Shown here: positions 38,664 through 48,263 of the stretch, piece after piece | How the letters are laid out: the number at the start of each line of letters is the position of its first letter | Numbering within the stretch: position 1 is the stretch's first letter | Made by a program: the position numbers and the translations under genes | Origin: Gammaproteobacteria bacterium | GTDB lineage: Bacteria > Pseudomonadota > Gammaproteobacteria > Pseudomonadales > UBA5518 | Assembly: GCA_016718385.1 (NCBI GenBank) | Contig: JADKDK010000009.1 | Coordinates: 44,311-108,310, forward strand | Direction of reading: 5' to 3' | Length of the DNA: 64,000 nt | Notes under the pieces: model-generated | The model's database searches: none | What the model saw: only the letters and a program-made list of their open reading frames with translations | What the model was told of the DNA's origin: nothing

Positions 38664-39908
38664 TCAACTGCGAAACGCCTCCCTGCCATGGCCCTGCACT
38701 GCGATCCCCTGCACCGCGAGCACGTCGTGCTGCAGCGCATGCATCGCCGCGGCTGCCTCGTCGATCGCCTTCACGAACGCCAGCGAGCCGGCCAGGATCG
38801 GCGCCAGCCGGGTGCGATCCTGCACCCGCGCCGGTGGATACTCGTGTTCCACGACCAGGAAGGTCTGCGCCGGATCGAGCGTGAGGTACTCGCGCGCGGC
38901 GAGCTGATGATCGAGCCAGTCGACCGAGCGGTTCTGCAGGTACGCCAGCGGGTCGTGCCGGGCGGTGCCCGGCAGTTCGTGCTCGCAGAACACGGTCTGC
39001 TTTTTCCACGCGTTGGCGCGCGCCGACGGCGCCGCCAGCGGCTGCGCGCCCTCCCAGTCCCCGCGCAGCATCGTCTGCCCGCCGTAGCCCCACGCGGAGA
39101 TACCGCGAGCGTCGATCACCTGGCCCTTGACGTGAAAGCCGCCGATGAGGAACGGGTAGCCCATGTCGCGCAGGTAACGGAACACCGAACGCGAGTCCTG
39201 TCCGATCAGGATCGCGTGCGACGGGTCGTAGTGGATGCGGAACTGGTCCGCGACGCCGTGCCGCTCGCAGATGCGGTGCAGCGCGATCCATGGGCCGGGT
39301 GCGTAGGCGATGTTGTTGTGCCAGAGGTCGTTGGCGGTCCAGCCCGGCATCGGGCAGGGTTCGACCCGGTAGACCAGCCCGCGCTCCTTCGCCGCCGCGA
39401 GCAAGGGCACGAACACGTCCTCGAACATCACCAGGTTCGCGTCCATCGACAGCAGCGCGTTGCGACCCACGAAGCCACACACCGCATCCACACCGAGCAG
39501 CACCGCGGCGTCGAACACCCGGCGCATGAACTCGTGCTTGCGCCGGCGCAGCCCCGCGTCGGCGATCAGCATGTTGTCGAAGTACCCGAGGTCGCAGATC
39601 CCTGCCCCGCTGGTGCGTGTCGCGGCCAGCACACGCGCGGCGCGCGCGGAATCGAACGGCCGGCGCAGGTCGAGCGTGTTCGCGACCGGGTCGAGCATCG
39701 CCTCGGTCGGCACATCGCTGTGCTCGGGGTGCAGCGCGGCCGAGAGCTGGATGTACGGCGCGCCGATCCCGGCCGCGAACGCGAGCCAGTCCTCGATCGC
39801 GCGATCGGGGTCGGCGTCGCGCACGGCACGTGGCGTCAGCTCCTGCAGCGCGGCCGTCAGGATGCCGAGCTTCATGTGGCGGGGACGAAACGACGGCTCC
39901 GCGCTCAT
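38664..39908 (-). CDS. Cluster A gene 6: sugar phosphate isomerase/epimerase-like TIM-barrel protein with long C-terminal extension (414 aa)
   Basis: ATG 39908 overlaps the upstream stop (ATGA). Sequence [21 protein letters not shown]..., ...[12 protein letters not shown].... The upstream part of ORF 38664..40724 is rejected as read-through. Confidence 0.65.
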   Translation of the reverse strand: MSAEPSFRPRHMKLGILTAALQELTPRAVRDADPDRAIEDWLAFAAGIGAPYIQLSAALHPEHSDVPTEAMLDPVANTLDLRRPFDSARAARVLAATRTSGAGICDLGYFDNMLIADAGLRRRKHEFMRRVFDAAVLLGVDAVCGFVGRNALLSMDANLVMFEDVFVPLLAAAKERGLVYRVEPCPMPGWTANDLWHNNIAYAPGPWIALHRICERHGVADQFRIHYDPSHAILIGQDSRSVFRYLRDMGYPFLIGGFHVKGQVIDARGISAWGYGGQTMLRGDWEGAQPLAAPSARANAWKKQTVFCEHELPGTARHDPLAYLQNRSVDWLDHQLAAREYLTLDPAQTFLVVEHEYPPARVQDRTRLAPILAGSLAFVKAIDEAAAAMHALQHDVLAVQGIAVQGHGREAFRS

Positions 39909-41050
39909 TCCCCGAGCTCCGTCCAGACCGAACCGCCGCGGTTGGATTCGATCACGGCCTCGAGGAAGCGCATGCCGCGCACTCCCGCCTCGATGCCGCG
40001 AAAGCGCTCGTGCGCACCGGCGTCGCCGTCGAGCGCGTCGGCGAAACCGCGGTAGAGGTTCGCCATCGCCTCCACCAGACCTTGCGGATGTCCGGGCGGC
40101 AACTGGCTCGCGCCCCGCCCCAGTGCTTCGTTGAACGCGTGCGCCGGCGTAAACACCTGCATCGGCGCGTCTTCGCGCAGATGGATCAGCTGCGCCGGCG
40201 CGTCGTGGCACCACTTCAACGCGCCGTGGCTGCCGTACACCGCGAGGCCCACGCTGTTCTCCTCGCCCGTCGCGACCTGGCTCGCGCGCAGCACACCGGG
40301 CACGCCGTCTGTGGTCCGCAGCAGCGTGGTGCCGTCGATGTCGAGCCCGCCTGCACCGGGCATCGCACGCAGATCGGCCAGCACGCGCTGCACGCGCAGC
40401 CCGGTGGTGTACTCGACGAGGTCGAAGGCGTGCACGCCGATATCGCCGTAGCAGCAACTCGGCCCGGAGCGCGCCGGATCGAGGCGCCAGATCGCGGCGC
40501 GCGACCCGGCGTCCTGCAGCGCCGGATTGATCCAGCCCTGGTAATAGCGCGCATCGATCTTCTGCACCGTCCCGATCGCGCCGGCCGCGATCAGCGCACG
40601 CATCTGGCGCACCATCGGGTAGCCGGTGTAGGTGTGCGCCACGCAGACCAGACGGTCGTTCGCCGCGGCCACGCGCGCCAACTCGTCGGCCTGCCCGGCG
40701 GTCACCGTGAACGGCTTCTCGCAAATGACATGCAGACCTGCGCGCAACGCGCCGAGCACCTGCTCGAAGTGCAGGTGGTTGGGGGTGAGCACCGCGATCG
40801 CCTCGATGCGCTCACCCCGCGGGAGCGCGCGTTCGGCCGCGAACAGCGCGGGCAGATCGGCATGGACGCGGCGCTCGTCGAGTCCGAGCGCGTGCGCCCA
40901 GGCGCGCTCGCGCGCGGGATCGGTACCGAACACCCCGCCCTTCAACGCGAAGCGCTCCGACAAGGCCGCCGCCGCGCGGTGCACCCCACCGATCAGCGAT
41001 CGCCGCCCACCGCCGACGAAGGCAAGCGGAATCCGCCGTCCCGCAGCCAT
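39905..41050 (-). CDS. Cluster A gene 5: Gfo/Idh/MocA family oxidoreductase (381 aa)
   Basis: ATG 41050 overlaps the MFS stop (TGATG). Rossmann [18 protein letters not shown], then the family motif [10 protein letters not shown]. Confidence 0.85.
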   Translation of the reverse strand: MAAGRRIPLAFVGGGRRSLIGGVHRAAAALSERFALKGGVFGTDPARERAWAHALGLDERRVHADLPALFAAERALPRGERIEAIAVLTPNHLHFEQVLGALRAGLHVICEKPFTVTAGQADELARVAAANDRLVCVAHTYTGYPMVRQMRALIAAGAIGTVQKIDARYYQGWINPALQDAGSRAAIWRLDPARSGPSCCYGDIGVHAFDLVEYTTGLRVQRVLADLRAMPGAGGLDIDGTTLLRTTDGVPGVLRASQVATGEENSVGLAVYGSHGALKWCHDAPAQLIHLREDAPMQVFTPAHAFNEALGRGASQLPPGHPQGLVEAMANLYRGFADALDGDAGAHERFRGIEAGVRGMRFLEAVIESNRGGSVWTELGE

Positions 41051-42273
41051 CACCGCACCCCTTCCGTACGACTGGCAGCGTCACGGAACAGCAACAGGAA
41101 CAGCACGAAAACCACAAAGGCCAGTCCCGCCGGGAACAACCAGACCGATTGCCATGCGTGAGCGCCGTCCTGCGCGTGGCGATCGGTGATCTGGCCGGCG
41201 ACGGCGAAGCCGATCAGCATACCGAGCCCGTAAGTCGCGAGCGTCAACAAGCCCTGCGCCGACGCCTTGAAGCGCTCGCCGGCACGCGCATCGGTATAGA
41301 CCTGGCCGGCCACGAAGAAGAAGTCGTAACAGACGCCGTGCAGCGCGATGCCGAGCAGCAGCATCCACAACCCCTCGCCGGCATCGCCGAAGCCGAACAG
41401 CGCGTAGCGAAGACTCCAGGCGAGCATTCCCGCCAGCAGCGTGGCCTTGATGCCGATGCGACGGAAACACCACGGCAGCAGCAGGATGAACCCCGCCTCG
41501 GAGATCTGCCCGAGCGTCATCTTGCCGGTCGGGTTCGTGACGCCGGCTTCCGAGAGGAACAGGTTCGCATTTTGGTAGTAGAACGCGAGCGGCACGCAGA
41601 TGAGGATCGCCGAGCAGAAGAAGACCGCGAAATTGCGGTCGCGCAGCAGACCGAGCGCATCGGCGCCGAAGAGTTCGCGCAGTTCCTGCACCCCGTGCGC
41701 GCGCGGCGGCGTGGCCGGCAGCGTGAAGCTGTAGAGTCCCTGCACCACCGAGGCGATCGCCGCCAGCAGGAAGGTGTTGCGCAGCATGCCCTGCGCCATG
41801 CGCGCGGCATCGTCCCAAGCGAACACGTAACTGATCGCCAGCCCCGCGACGATCCAGCCGATGGTGCCCCAGATGCGCACCGCGGCGAACTCGGCCGCCG
41901 GATCGCTCATCTGGCGGAACGCCACCGCGTTCACGAGCGCCAGCGTCGGCATGTAGACGGCCATGTAGGCCAGCGCCGACGGATAGAATGCCGCGAAGTC
42001 GCCCGCCACGTGCATCGTCCACAGCAGCGCGGCACCCGCGAGGTGCAGCAGACCGAGGATGCGCTCGGCATTGAAAAAGCGATCGGCGATCAGGCCGATG
42101 AACAGCGGCGCGACGATCGCCCCCCACGACTGGGTAGCGAACGCCATGCCGGTCTGCGCACCGGTGGCGTCCAGGTTGGTCGCGAGAAAGGTACCCAGCG
42201 TCACGAACCAGGCGCCCCAGACGAAGAACTGCAGGAACATCATGATGCCCAGACGCAGGCGGATCGTGATCAT
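41050..42273 (-). CDS. Cluster A gene 4: MFS transporter, nucleoside:H+ symporter-like family (407 aa)
   Basis: 12-TM-like ORF starting MITIRLRLGIMMFLQFFVWGAWFVTLGTFL, typical of the NupG/XapB-like Nuc_H_symport family. Confidence 0.8.
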   Translation of the reverse strand: MITIRLRLGIMMFLQFFVWGAWFVTLGTFLATNLDATGAQTGMAFATQSWGAIVAPLFIGLIADRFFNAERILGLLHLAGAALLWTMHVAGDFAAFYPSALAYMAVYMPTLALVNAVAFRQMSDPAAEFAAVRIWGTIGWIVAGLAISYVFAWDDAARMAQGMLRNTFLLAAIASVVQGLYSFTLPATPPRAHGVQELRELFGADALGLLRDRNFAVFFCSAILICVPLAFYYQNANLFLSEAGVTNPTGKMTLGQISEAGFILLLPWCFRRIGIKATLLAGMLAWSLRYALFGFGDAGEGLWMLLLGIALHGVCYDFFFVAGQVYTDARAGERFKASAQGLLTLATYGLGMLIGFAVAGQITDRHAQDGAHAWQSVWLFPAGLAFVVFVLFLLLFRDAASRTEGVR

Positions 42274-42294
42274 GGGCGGTTCGCTCCGTGTCGT

Positions 42295-42651
42295 TCAGCG
42301 CTGCGCGGACACGCCGGGCAGGCCGCGCTGCGCCAGCCAGGCATCGAGCAAGCCAGGCCACGCACCCAGCGTGCGATCGCGCATGGCAAGCTCGAGACCG
42401 TGACGACCGTGTCCGAAGACGTGCAACCCGGCGGGCACCTTCGCGGCGAACCAGTCGGCGACCTGCCGTCCTTCGTGGCCGGTCGCGAGCGCCTGGTAGC
42501 CGCCGCCCGGTGCGACGATGATCGCCGAGCCGTTCGTCACCGCGCCATCGGTGCCGCTCAGCGTCAGCTTGGGCGTGTCCTGCGGCGCGTCACCGCGTGC
42601 GTGCGGTGCATGCCCGCCCGATGGCAACTTCCCGGCCGCGCTTGCGATCAC
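42295..42651 (-). pseudogene. Collapsed alpha/beta-hydrolase remnant (118 aa ORF), present only in cluster A
   Basis: GSAIIVAPGGGYQALATGHEGRQVADWF (N-terminal esterase-like block) is joined directly to LHVFGHGRHGLELA...WLAQRGL (C-terminal His block). The nucleophile-elbow region is absent. Confidence 0.35.
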
Positions 42652-42660
42652 GTCCGCCTC

Positions 42661-44352
42661 CTACACCTGCCCGTCGCGCCAGCGCGTCGCCGCGTGATCG
42701 GCCGCGCGCGCCGTCAACGCCATGAAGGTGAGCGAGGGATTCACCACCCCGCAGGAACTCATGCTGGCACCGTCGGTGACGTAGAGGTTCGGCACCTCGT
42801 GCGCACGGTTCCAGGCATCGAGCACCGAAGTCTTCGGATCACGGCCCATGCAGGCGCCGCCCATCTCGTGGATCGCGTCGCCGGGCACCGACGGCCGCGC
42901 GAGCGCCACCACGTTCTGCATGCCGGCGGCTTTCAGCATCGCCTCGGCCTGCGCCGCCGAATCGGCGTTGAGCTTGGCCTCGTTTTCTCGAAAGCGCACA
43001 TCGAAGCACAGCTGCGGAACTCCGTGTCTGTCGACCAGCCGCTCATCCAGCGTGACGCGGTTGTCGTGGTACGGCAGGCATTCGGTGAATGCCGCAAGGA
43101 ACATCGCCCACGCCGGCGGCTGGCGCAGCGACTCCTTGAACGCGGCACCGAATCCGGGCAGTGCGGTTGCAATCAGTTTGCCCTCGAGGGGCGTGGCCTG
43201 GCCCTGATAGCCATAGCCGCGCAGAAAATCGCCGTCTGCGCGTACCGGATCAAGATTACGGAAGCGAGGTATGTAGATCCCGTTCGGGCGGTAGCCACGG
43301 TAATACCTGCCGATGAACTCGGTCGTGATACCGAAGGCGAACGCCCCGTTCTGGTGGTCCATCACGTAGCGGCCAAGCATCCCGCTGCCATTCGCCAAAC
43401 CGGCCGGAAAACTGTCCGAGCGTGAGTTCAGCAGGATCTGCAGGCTGCTGATCGTCGACGCACACAGAAACACCAGTCTCGACGTGAAGCGCATGCGTTC
43501 ACCGCTCACGGTATCGATCACCCGCACGCCACTTACGCGTCGCCGCAGAGGATCGTAGTCCAGCCCTTCGACCACGCTGTTCGCGCGCAGCGTCAGTCGA
43601 CCGGTCTTGCGCGCCGCCGGCAGGGTCGAACTGAGACTGCTGAAGTAGGCGCCTGGCGAGCAACCGCGCTGACATATACCGCAGTAATGACAGGCTCCTC
43701 GATCACCGAGCGGCTTCGTCAGGTTGGCGACACGCCCGATCGTCACCGGCCGCTCAGGGAACTGCGCTTCGATGCGCTGCTTGAGGGCCTTCTCGACCGC
43801 ATACATCATCATCGGTGGCTGGAAGATGCCGTCCGGCAGGTGTGGCAGTCCTTCCGACTGACCGCTGACCCCGATAAAACGCTCCACGTGCGCGTACCAC
43901 GGATCGAGGTCACGGTAGCGGATCGGCCAGTCGACACCGTGTCCATCGCGCCGGTTGGCCTCGAAATCGAGGTCGCTCCATCGGTAGACCTGCCGGCCCC
44001 ACAACAGCGACTTGCCGCCGACGACGTCGGCACGCAACCAGTTGAATGGCGCCTCGGAGGCGGTCGTGTACGGATAATCGGAGTCCTTGATCCAGAAGTG
44101 CCGCGTGGTCTCGTCGAACGCGTAGGACTGGCTCTGTACCGGATAATCCCGCGCGTAGAGCTCGCGCAGCGGCTTGCCGCCGAACGGGATCTCCCACGGC
44201 GGCATGTGTTCGGTCACGTAATCCCTGCCGTGCTCGAGCGGTCGTCCGCGCTCGAGCACCAGCACCTTCAGTCCCTTCTCGGTGAGTTCCTTCGCGGCCC
44301 AGCCTCCCGAGACGCCGGAACCCACCACGATCGCGTCGAACTCGTCACTCAT
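42661..44352 (-). CDS. Cluster A gene 3: GMC family FAD-dependent oxidoreductase (563 aa)
   Basis: AGGAGG-N8-ATG 44352. FAD fold FDAIVVGSGVSGGWAAKELTEKGLKVLVLERG and a C-terminal NLYVTDGASMSS block. It has no signal peptide of its own. Confidence 0.88.
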   Translation of the reverse strand: MSDEFDAIVVGSGVSGGWAAKELTEKGLKVLVLERGRPLEHGRDYVTEHMPPWEIPFGGKPLRELYARDYPVQSQSYAFDETTRHFWIKDSDYPYTTASEAPFNWLRADVVGGKSLLWGRQVYRWSDLDFEANRRDGHGVDWPIRYRDLDPWYAHVERFIGVSGQSEGLPHLPDGIFQPPMMMYAVEKALKQRIEAQFPERPVTIGRVANLTKPLGDRGACHYCGICQRGCSPGAYFSSLSSTLPAARKTGRLTLRANSVVEGLDYDPLRRRVSGVRVIDTVSGERMRFTSRLVFLCASTISSLQILLNSRSDSFPAGLANGSGMLGRYVMDHQNGAFAFGITTEFIGRYYRGYRPNGIYIPRFRNLDPVRADGDFLRGYGYQGQATPLEGKLIATALPGFGAAFKESLRQPPAWAMFLAAFTECLPYHDNRVTLDERLVDRHGVPQLCFDVRFRENEAKLNADSAAQAEAMLKAAGMQNVVALARPSVPGDAIHEMGGACMGRDPKTSVLDAWNRAHEVPNLYVTDGASMSSCGVVNPSLTFMALTARAADHAATRWRDGQV

Positions 44353-44403
44353 ACCGCACTCCCCTCCTGACCGGCTTCGTCGATACCCGCCTCGCACGCA
44401 TAC

Positions 44404-45009
44404 TCAGTAGCTCCATTGCCTGCCTAGTTCAGCGTAATCGAGGTCTCCGTCGAAGCGCATCGGCATCGGCTCGTAAATCATGAACTTCGTGGCGCCGACC
44501 TCGGAGCTGAAGTAGCCGATCACCGTGAGTTCCTTCAGCTTGGTGAAGAACGGCGTGTGCTCGTCGACCAGCTTGCTCATGCCGCCGAGCGCACCGCCGG
44601 GAAGCGGACTGACGTAGCGCGCGGCGTCCTGCTCGGCGGCGGACAGCAAGGCTGTGCGCTGCGCTTCGTCGGCCGCCACGAAGCTCTTGCCGTGCGCGGT
44701 GCGACTGGCCTGATCGAGTGCCGCCAGGCCCTGCACGAAGATCGTGCGCTCGGTGTCGGTGTACCAGTCCGCGACCATCGTCTCGATGAACGCGGGCACG
44801 CCGGCCTCGAGCGCGCCGGGCGTATCGGTCGCCGGAACGATCATTTCGGCGAGCAGGTCGACCAGTTGCCGCTGGGCGGCGTCGAACACGGCGCGCGATG
44901 CCTGCGCGTGCGGCTTCTCCCCTGCGATCGCGCGCAAGGTCGGCGAACCCGGCAGCGCCGCGGTACCGAGCGCCGCGACCACGAGGTGCAGCAGATGACG
45001 TCGATTCAT
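44404..45009 (-). CDS. Cluster A gene 2: gluconate 2-dehydrogenase subunit 3-like small subunit with Tat signal (201 aa)
   Basis: ATG 45009, MNRRHLLHLVVAALGTAALPG (twin-arginine). The conserved blocks ATDTPGALEAGVPAFIE and ELTVIGYFSSEVG are typical of the family. Confidence 0.7.
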   Translation of the reverse strand: MNRRHLLHLVVAALGTAALPGSPTLRAIAGEKPHAQASRAVFDAAQRQLVDLLAEMIVPATDTPGALEAGVPAFIETMVADWYTDTERTIFVQGLAALDQASRTAHGKSFVAADEAQRTALLSAAEQDAARYVSPLPGGALGGMSKLVDEHTPFFTKLKELTVIGYFSSEVGATKFMIYEPMPMRFDGDLDYAELGRQWSY

Positions 45010-45031
45010 GGTAACCAGTCCCTCTGTTTGC

Positions 45032-45925
45032 TCAGGGTTCACACGCCAGCGGCGCTGGAGAGGCCAGCGGCGGGTCCTGCCGGCCGGCCCAGTCGAGCGC
45101 GCGCTCGAGCATCGCGCGGTACGGCGGTTCGGCGTAGGTTTCGGCCGTGTGCCCGGGCGCGGCGTAGAACACGCGCCCGCGGCCCACGCAATGCTTCCAC
45201 ACCATCGGATGATCCGGGCCCATCGCGAGCTCCTTGCTGAAGAAACTCCCGGGCCGGTAGGTGTTCTCGTCGATGGTCGCCAGCACGCGCAGATCGCTGG
45301 CACGCGGACTGGCGGCGAAGGAATACCACTCGTCGGTACGCACCCACGCGGCCGGGATGCCGTCCATGATCGGATCCGCGGGCTGCTCGATACGCAGCGT
45401 CGCCTGCTGGAACTGCGGATCCATCGGATGACCGGTGAACTGTGCACGGATCACCGTGTCGAGGTACCACGGCCACGCGGCATGGCTGTTGTCACCGGCC
45501 GCGTGCAGGCCGATATACCCACCGCCCGCCTCGAGCCAGGCCTGGAACGCCTCGCGCTGCTCGGGCAGCAGTACATCGCCGGTGACGTTGTTCCAGACCA
45601 CCACGTCGAACTTCGCGAGATCGTCGGCGTTGAACACGGCGCCGCTGTCGCTCACGAAGACGCCCCAGTCGCGCGCGCCCGCGATGTCCTGCAGCAGGCG
45701 CTTCGCGGCGGGAATCGCGTCCTCGTGGATGAACGAATTGGTCTTCGAGAACACCAGCATCGACGGACGCGGCAACGCCGGCACGGCAGGCCGTTCGGTT
45801 TCGAACACCGGCGCGCGGAAAAAGCCCATCGCGCGCATCTGCCAATACGTGTAGCCGGCGAACAGCAACCCGCCGACGATCACGACGACGAGTGACCTCC
45901 GGACCCATTTCCAACCGGCTTGCAT
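45032..45925 (-). CDS. Cluster A gene 1: ThuA-domain (trehalose-utilisation-like) protein with N-terminal membrane anchor (297 aa)
   Basis: GGAGGG-N5-ATG 45925. TM segment SLVVVIVGGLLFAGY, then VLVFSKTNSFIHEDAIPAA, FDVVVWNNVTGD and GGGYIGLHAAGD. Confidence 0.7.
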   Translation of the reverse strand: MQAGWKWVRRSLVVVIVGGLLFAGYTYWQMRAMGFFRAPVFETERPAVPALPRPSMLVFSKTNSFIHEDAIPAAKRLLQDIAGARDWGVFVSDSGAVFNADDLAKFDVVVWNNVTGDVLLPEQREAFQAWLEAGGGYIGLHAAGDNSHAAWPWYLDTVIRAQFTGHPMDPQFQQATLRIEQPADPIMDGIPAAWVRTDEWYSFAASPRASDLRVLATIDENTYRPGSFFSKELAMGPDHPMVWKHCVGRGRVFYAAPGHTAETYAEPPYRAMLERALDWAGRQDPPLASPAPLACEP

Positions 45926-46034
45926 CGGCACCCTCCGGCTGCTTCGGCAGCGGTAGTTATCGTTGCTCTGTGCGGCGCCACGCCCGGTCGTTGCCGCGAC
46001 ACGGGCACGGGCGGGACGATCGGGCATCCCGAAT

Positions 46035-46052
46035 GATGTAATCGTTTACATC
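46035..46052. promoter_or_regulatory. LacI-family operator-like palindrome in the cluster A / lacI divergent region
   Basis: GATGTAATCGTTTACATC is self-complementary at 16/18 positions. It lies 110 nt upstream of thuA-like A1 and 131 nt upstream of the LacI gene. Confidence 0.6.
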
Positions 46053-46182
46053 GTACCAGACGTTCTTCGGACGTCAACCCTGCGATTTCGATCGCCCGGC
46101 CGACCATTGCACACCGCTCTCCCTGCGAACACACGCGCGGGTGATAGCATGCGCGGCGACGCAATATAAGGAATACACTCCG

Positions 46183-47193
46183 ATGGCGAATATCAAGGAC
46201 GTCGCGCGGCTCGCGGGCGTCTCGGTGGCGACGGTATCGCGCACCCTGGACGGATCCCCCAAGGTCACCGCAGCGACGCGCGCGCGGGTGCTCGAGGCGG
46301 TCGCCGCCTGCGGCTACGTGACCAACGCGCTGGCGCGCAATTTCCGCCAGCGGCGCACCCACACCGTGCTGGTGCTGGTGCCCGACATCGCCAATCCGTT
46401 CTTTTCCAGGATCATCCGCGGCATCGAACGCGTCGCGCTGGAGCACGGTTACCGCATCCTGCTCGGCGACACCCAGTACAACGCCGAGCGCGAACGCGCC
46501 TACGCGGCCCTGGTCACGCAACGCCAGGCCGACGGCATCATCTGCCTCGGCATGAACATCCCGTTCGCGACGGGCCGCAGTCGCTCGCGGCTGGATCCGG
46601 ACTGGCCCCCGTTCGTGATGGCCTGCGAGTACGACGGAGAGATTCCGGCACCCACCGTGTGCATCGACAACGTCCGGGCGGCCACCGAGGCGACCCGGCA
46701 TCTGCTGGACCTGGGGCACCGCGACATCGCGTTCATCAGCGGGCCGCGCGCCTCCCCGCTGTGCCGTGACCGCCTGGCCGGCTTCACGGAGGCGATGACG
46801 GCAGCAGGGTTGCGCGTGCGGCGCGAACGGGTGCGCTACGGCGACTTCTCGCTCGCGGCCGGTCACCAGCAGATGCGCGCGCTGCTGGGCGGCGCTCGAA
46901 CACCCAGCGCGGTTTTCTGCGCCAACGACGAAATGGCGATAGGCGCGCTGCGCGCCGCCCGCCAGGCCGGCCTGTCGCTGCCGCGTGAACTGTCGATCGT
47001 CGGCTTCGACGACATCGCGTTCGCCGAGTTCGCAACGCCGGCGCTGACGACGATCCGCCAGCCCCGCGAACAGATCGGCGTTCGCAGCATGCATTTGATG
47101 CTCGAGATCCTGCGCGATGGCCAGCAGCCGGGGCGGCGGATCGTGCTCACGCACGAACTGGTGGTGCGTGAATCGAGCGTGGCGGCGCCGTGA
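46183..47193 (+). CDS. LacI family transcriptional regulator
   Basis: ATG 46183, MANIKDVARLAGVSVATVSRTL (HTH), with a periplasmic-binding-protein-like core (...IVGFDDIAFAEFATPALTTIRQP). Confidence 0.92.
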   Translation: MANIKDVARLAGVSVATVSRTLDGSPKVTAATRARVLEAVAACGYVTNALARNFRQRRTHTVLVLVPDIANPFFSRIIRGIERVALEHGYRILLGDTQYNAERERAYAALVTQRQADGIICLGMNIPFATGRSRSRLDPDWPPFVMACEYDGEIPAPTVCIDNVRAATEATRHLLDLGHRDIAFISGPRASPLCRDRLAGFTEAMTAAGLRVRRERVRYGDFSLAAGHQQMRALLGGARTPSAVFCANDEMAIGALRAARQAGLSLPRELSIVGFDDIAFAEFATPALTTIRQPREQIGVRSMHLMLEILRDGQQPGRRIVLTHELVVRESSVAAP

Positions 47194-47205
47194 GGCCGCC
47201 GCGCG

Positions 47206-47602
47206 TCACGGTGACACGTAACGCAGGCCGTCGACCGTCTCGCCTGCGCGCAGACGCTCCTTGACGCGCGCCAGGTCCTCGGCGAAGCCCGCAGTTGGCC
47301 GCGTGGACCGCGGTATCCTCGATGTTCTCGACCCTGAACACGACATGCGAGATCCCCTGGCCGTGGTCACGGATGTGCTCGGGGGCCTGGTCGGAATCAC
47401 CGCCGGGCTGAAACACGTCCGGGAACGACGGCGTCATCCCTTTCGCGGGAAAATGGACGCTGGCGTTGTATGCCCCCAGTTGCGCCAACTGCGAGATCGG
47501 CTTGATGTCCGCACCGAACAGTCGCTCCATGATCTCGAGGAAGCGCTTGATCCGCAGCACATTGAAATGAACGTGGTCGATACCGAACGTGCGGATGGTC
47601 AT
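47206..47602 (-). pseudogene. VOC (glyoxalase/dioxygenase) family protein, 1-nt frame shift near 47285-47300
   Basis: ATG 47602 (MTIRTFGIDHVHFNVLRIKRFLEIMERLFG...ISHVVFRVENIEDTAVHAA). The C-terminus GFAEDLARVKERLRAGETVDGLRYVSP is in the frame of ORF 47206..47400. The span is 397 nt (3n+1). Confidence 0.6.
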
Positions 47603-47706
47603 GTCGCGTTCTCCGTCGAAGGGGTACGGTGCGTGTGACGCCAGCTCGGCACACTGCCGCGCGGCACGTGCGGGTGTACCTCGCGCTCCCAGAGTCGCAG
47701 CATTTT

Positions 47707-48213
47707 TCAGGCGCGCCGCGGGTCGGCGCCACCCATCAGCGGGGTCAGGTACAGTGAACTGTGGTCCCCCAGATCTCCGATCAGCGTTACCGCCTGCTCC
47801 GGGGTCAGCACCTGGTACTTGCCGCTGGCGCGGATCGTTTCGGCCGTGACCCCGCCGGCGTACACGCCGGTGGGCTTGCCGTAGGCCGACTCGGTCCAGC
47901 GGACATGGGATTCGAGCACGTGCACGATGTGCGGCGTCAGCCGGTGCCAATCACGCTCCGGATCTTCCGAAACCCAGAGGAAGGTCGGCCTCTGCCGCGA
48001 GTACTCGCCGGGGTCGGGCTTGCCCAGCTTCAGGCATTCGTCGCGGTACGGCTGCCGCACGCGCGGGCTCTGCGGCGGAACCAGGAAGCCGTCGGCGATG
48101 CGCGCCGCCGCCCGCGCCACCGCCGGCGCGTTCGCGCCTAGCAACAGCGGCATGGGCGTCTCCGGCACCGGCTGCACCTGGCACGGCCGGCCTTCGTACT
48201 CGTAGAGTTCCAT
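47707..48213 (-). pseudogene. Luciferase-like (LLM) flavin monooxygenase, C-terminal half only
   Basis: MELYEYEGRPCQVQPVPETPMPLLLGANAPAVARAAARIADGFL... corresponds to the second half of LLM proteins. No N-terminal half is found in any frame upstream. Confidence 0.5.
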
Positions 48214-48263
48214 TGCCGTCTCCTTCGCCGACGCCGGAAAAATGATAGAGTCGGCAGGGCACG

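Noticed and set aside
38664-40724. Upstream extensions that make adjacent cluster genes look like giant fusions (ORFs 38664..40724, 54303..56726, 55445..57112, 44404..45447)
   Set aside because: The extensions are off-frame read-through of the neighbouring gene. Homology begins at internal ATGs that overlap the preceding stop (ATGA/TGATG) or follow Shine-Dalgarno-like sequences. The same starts are conserved between the two cluster copies.
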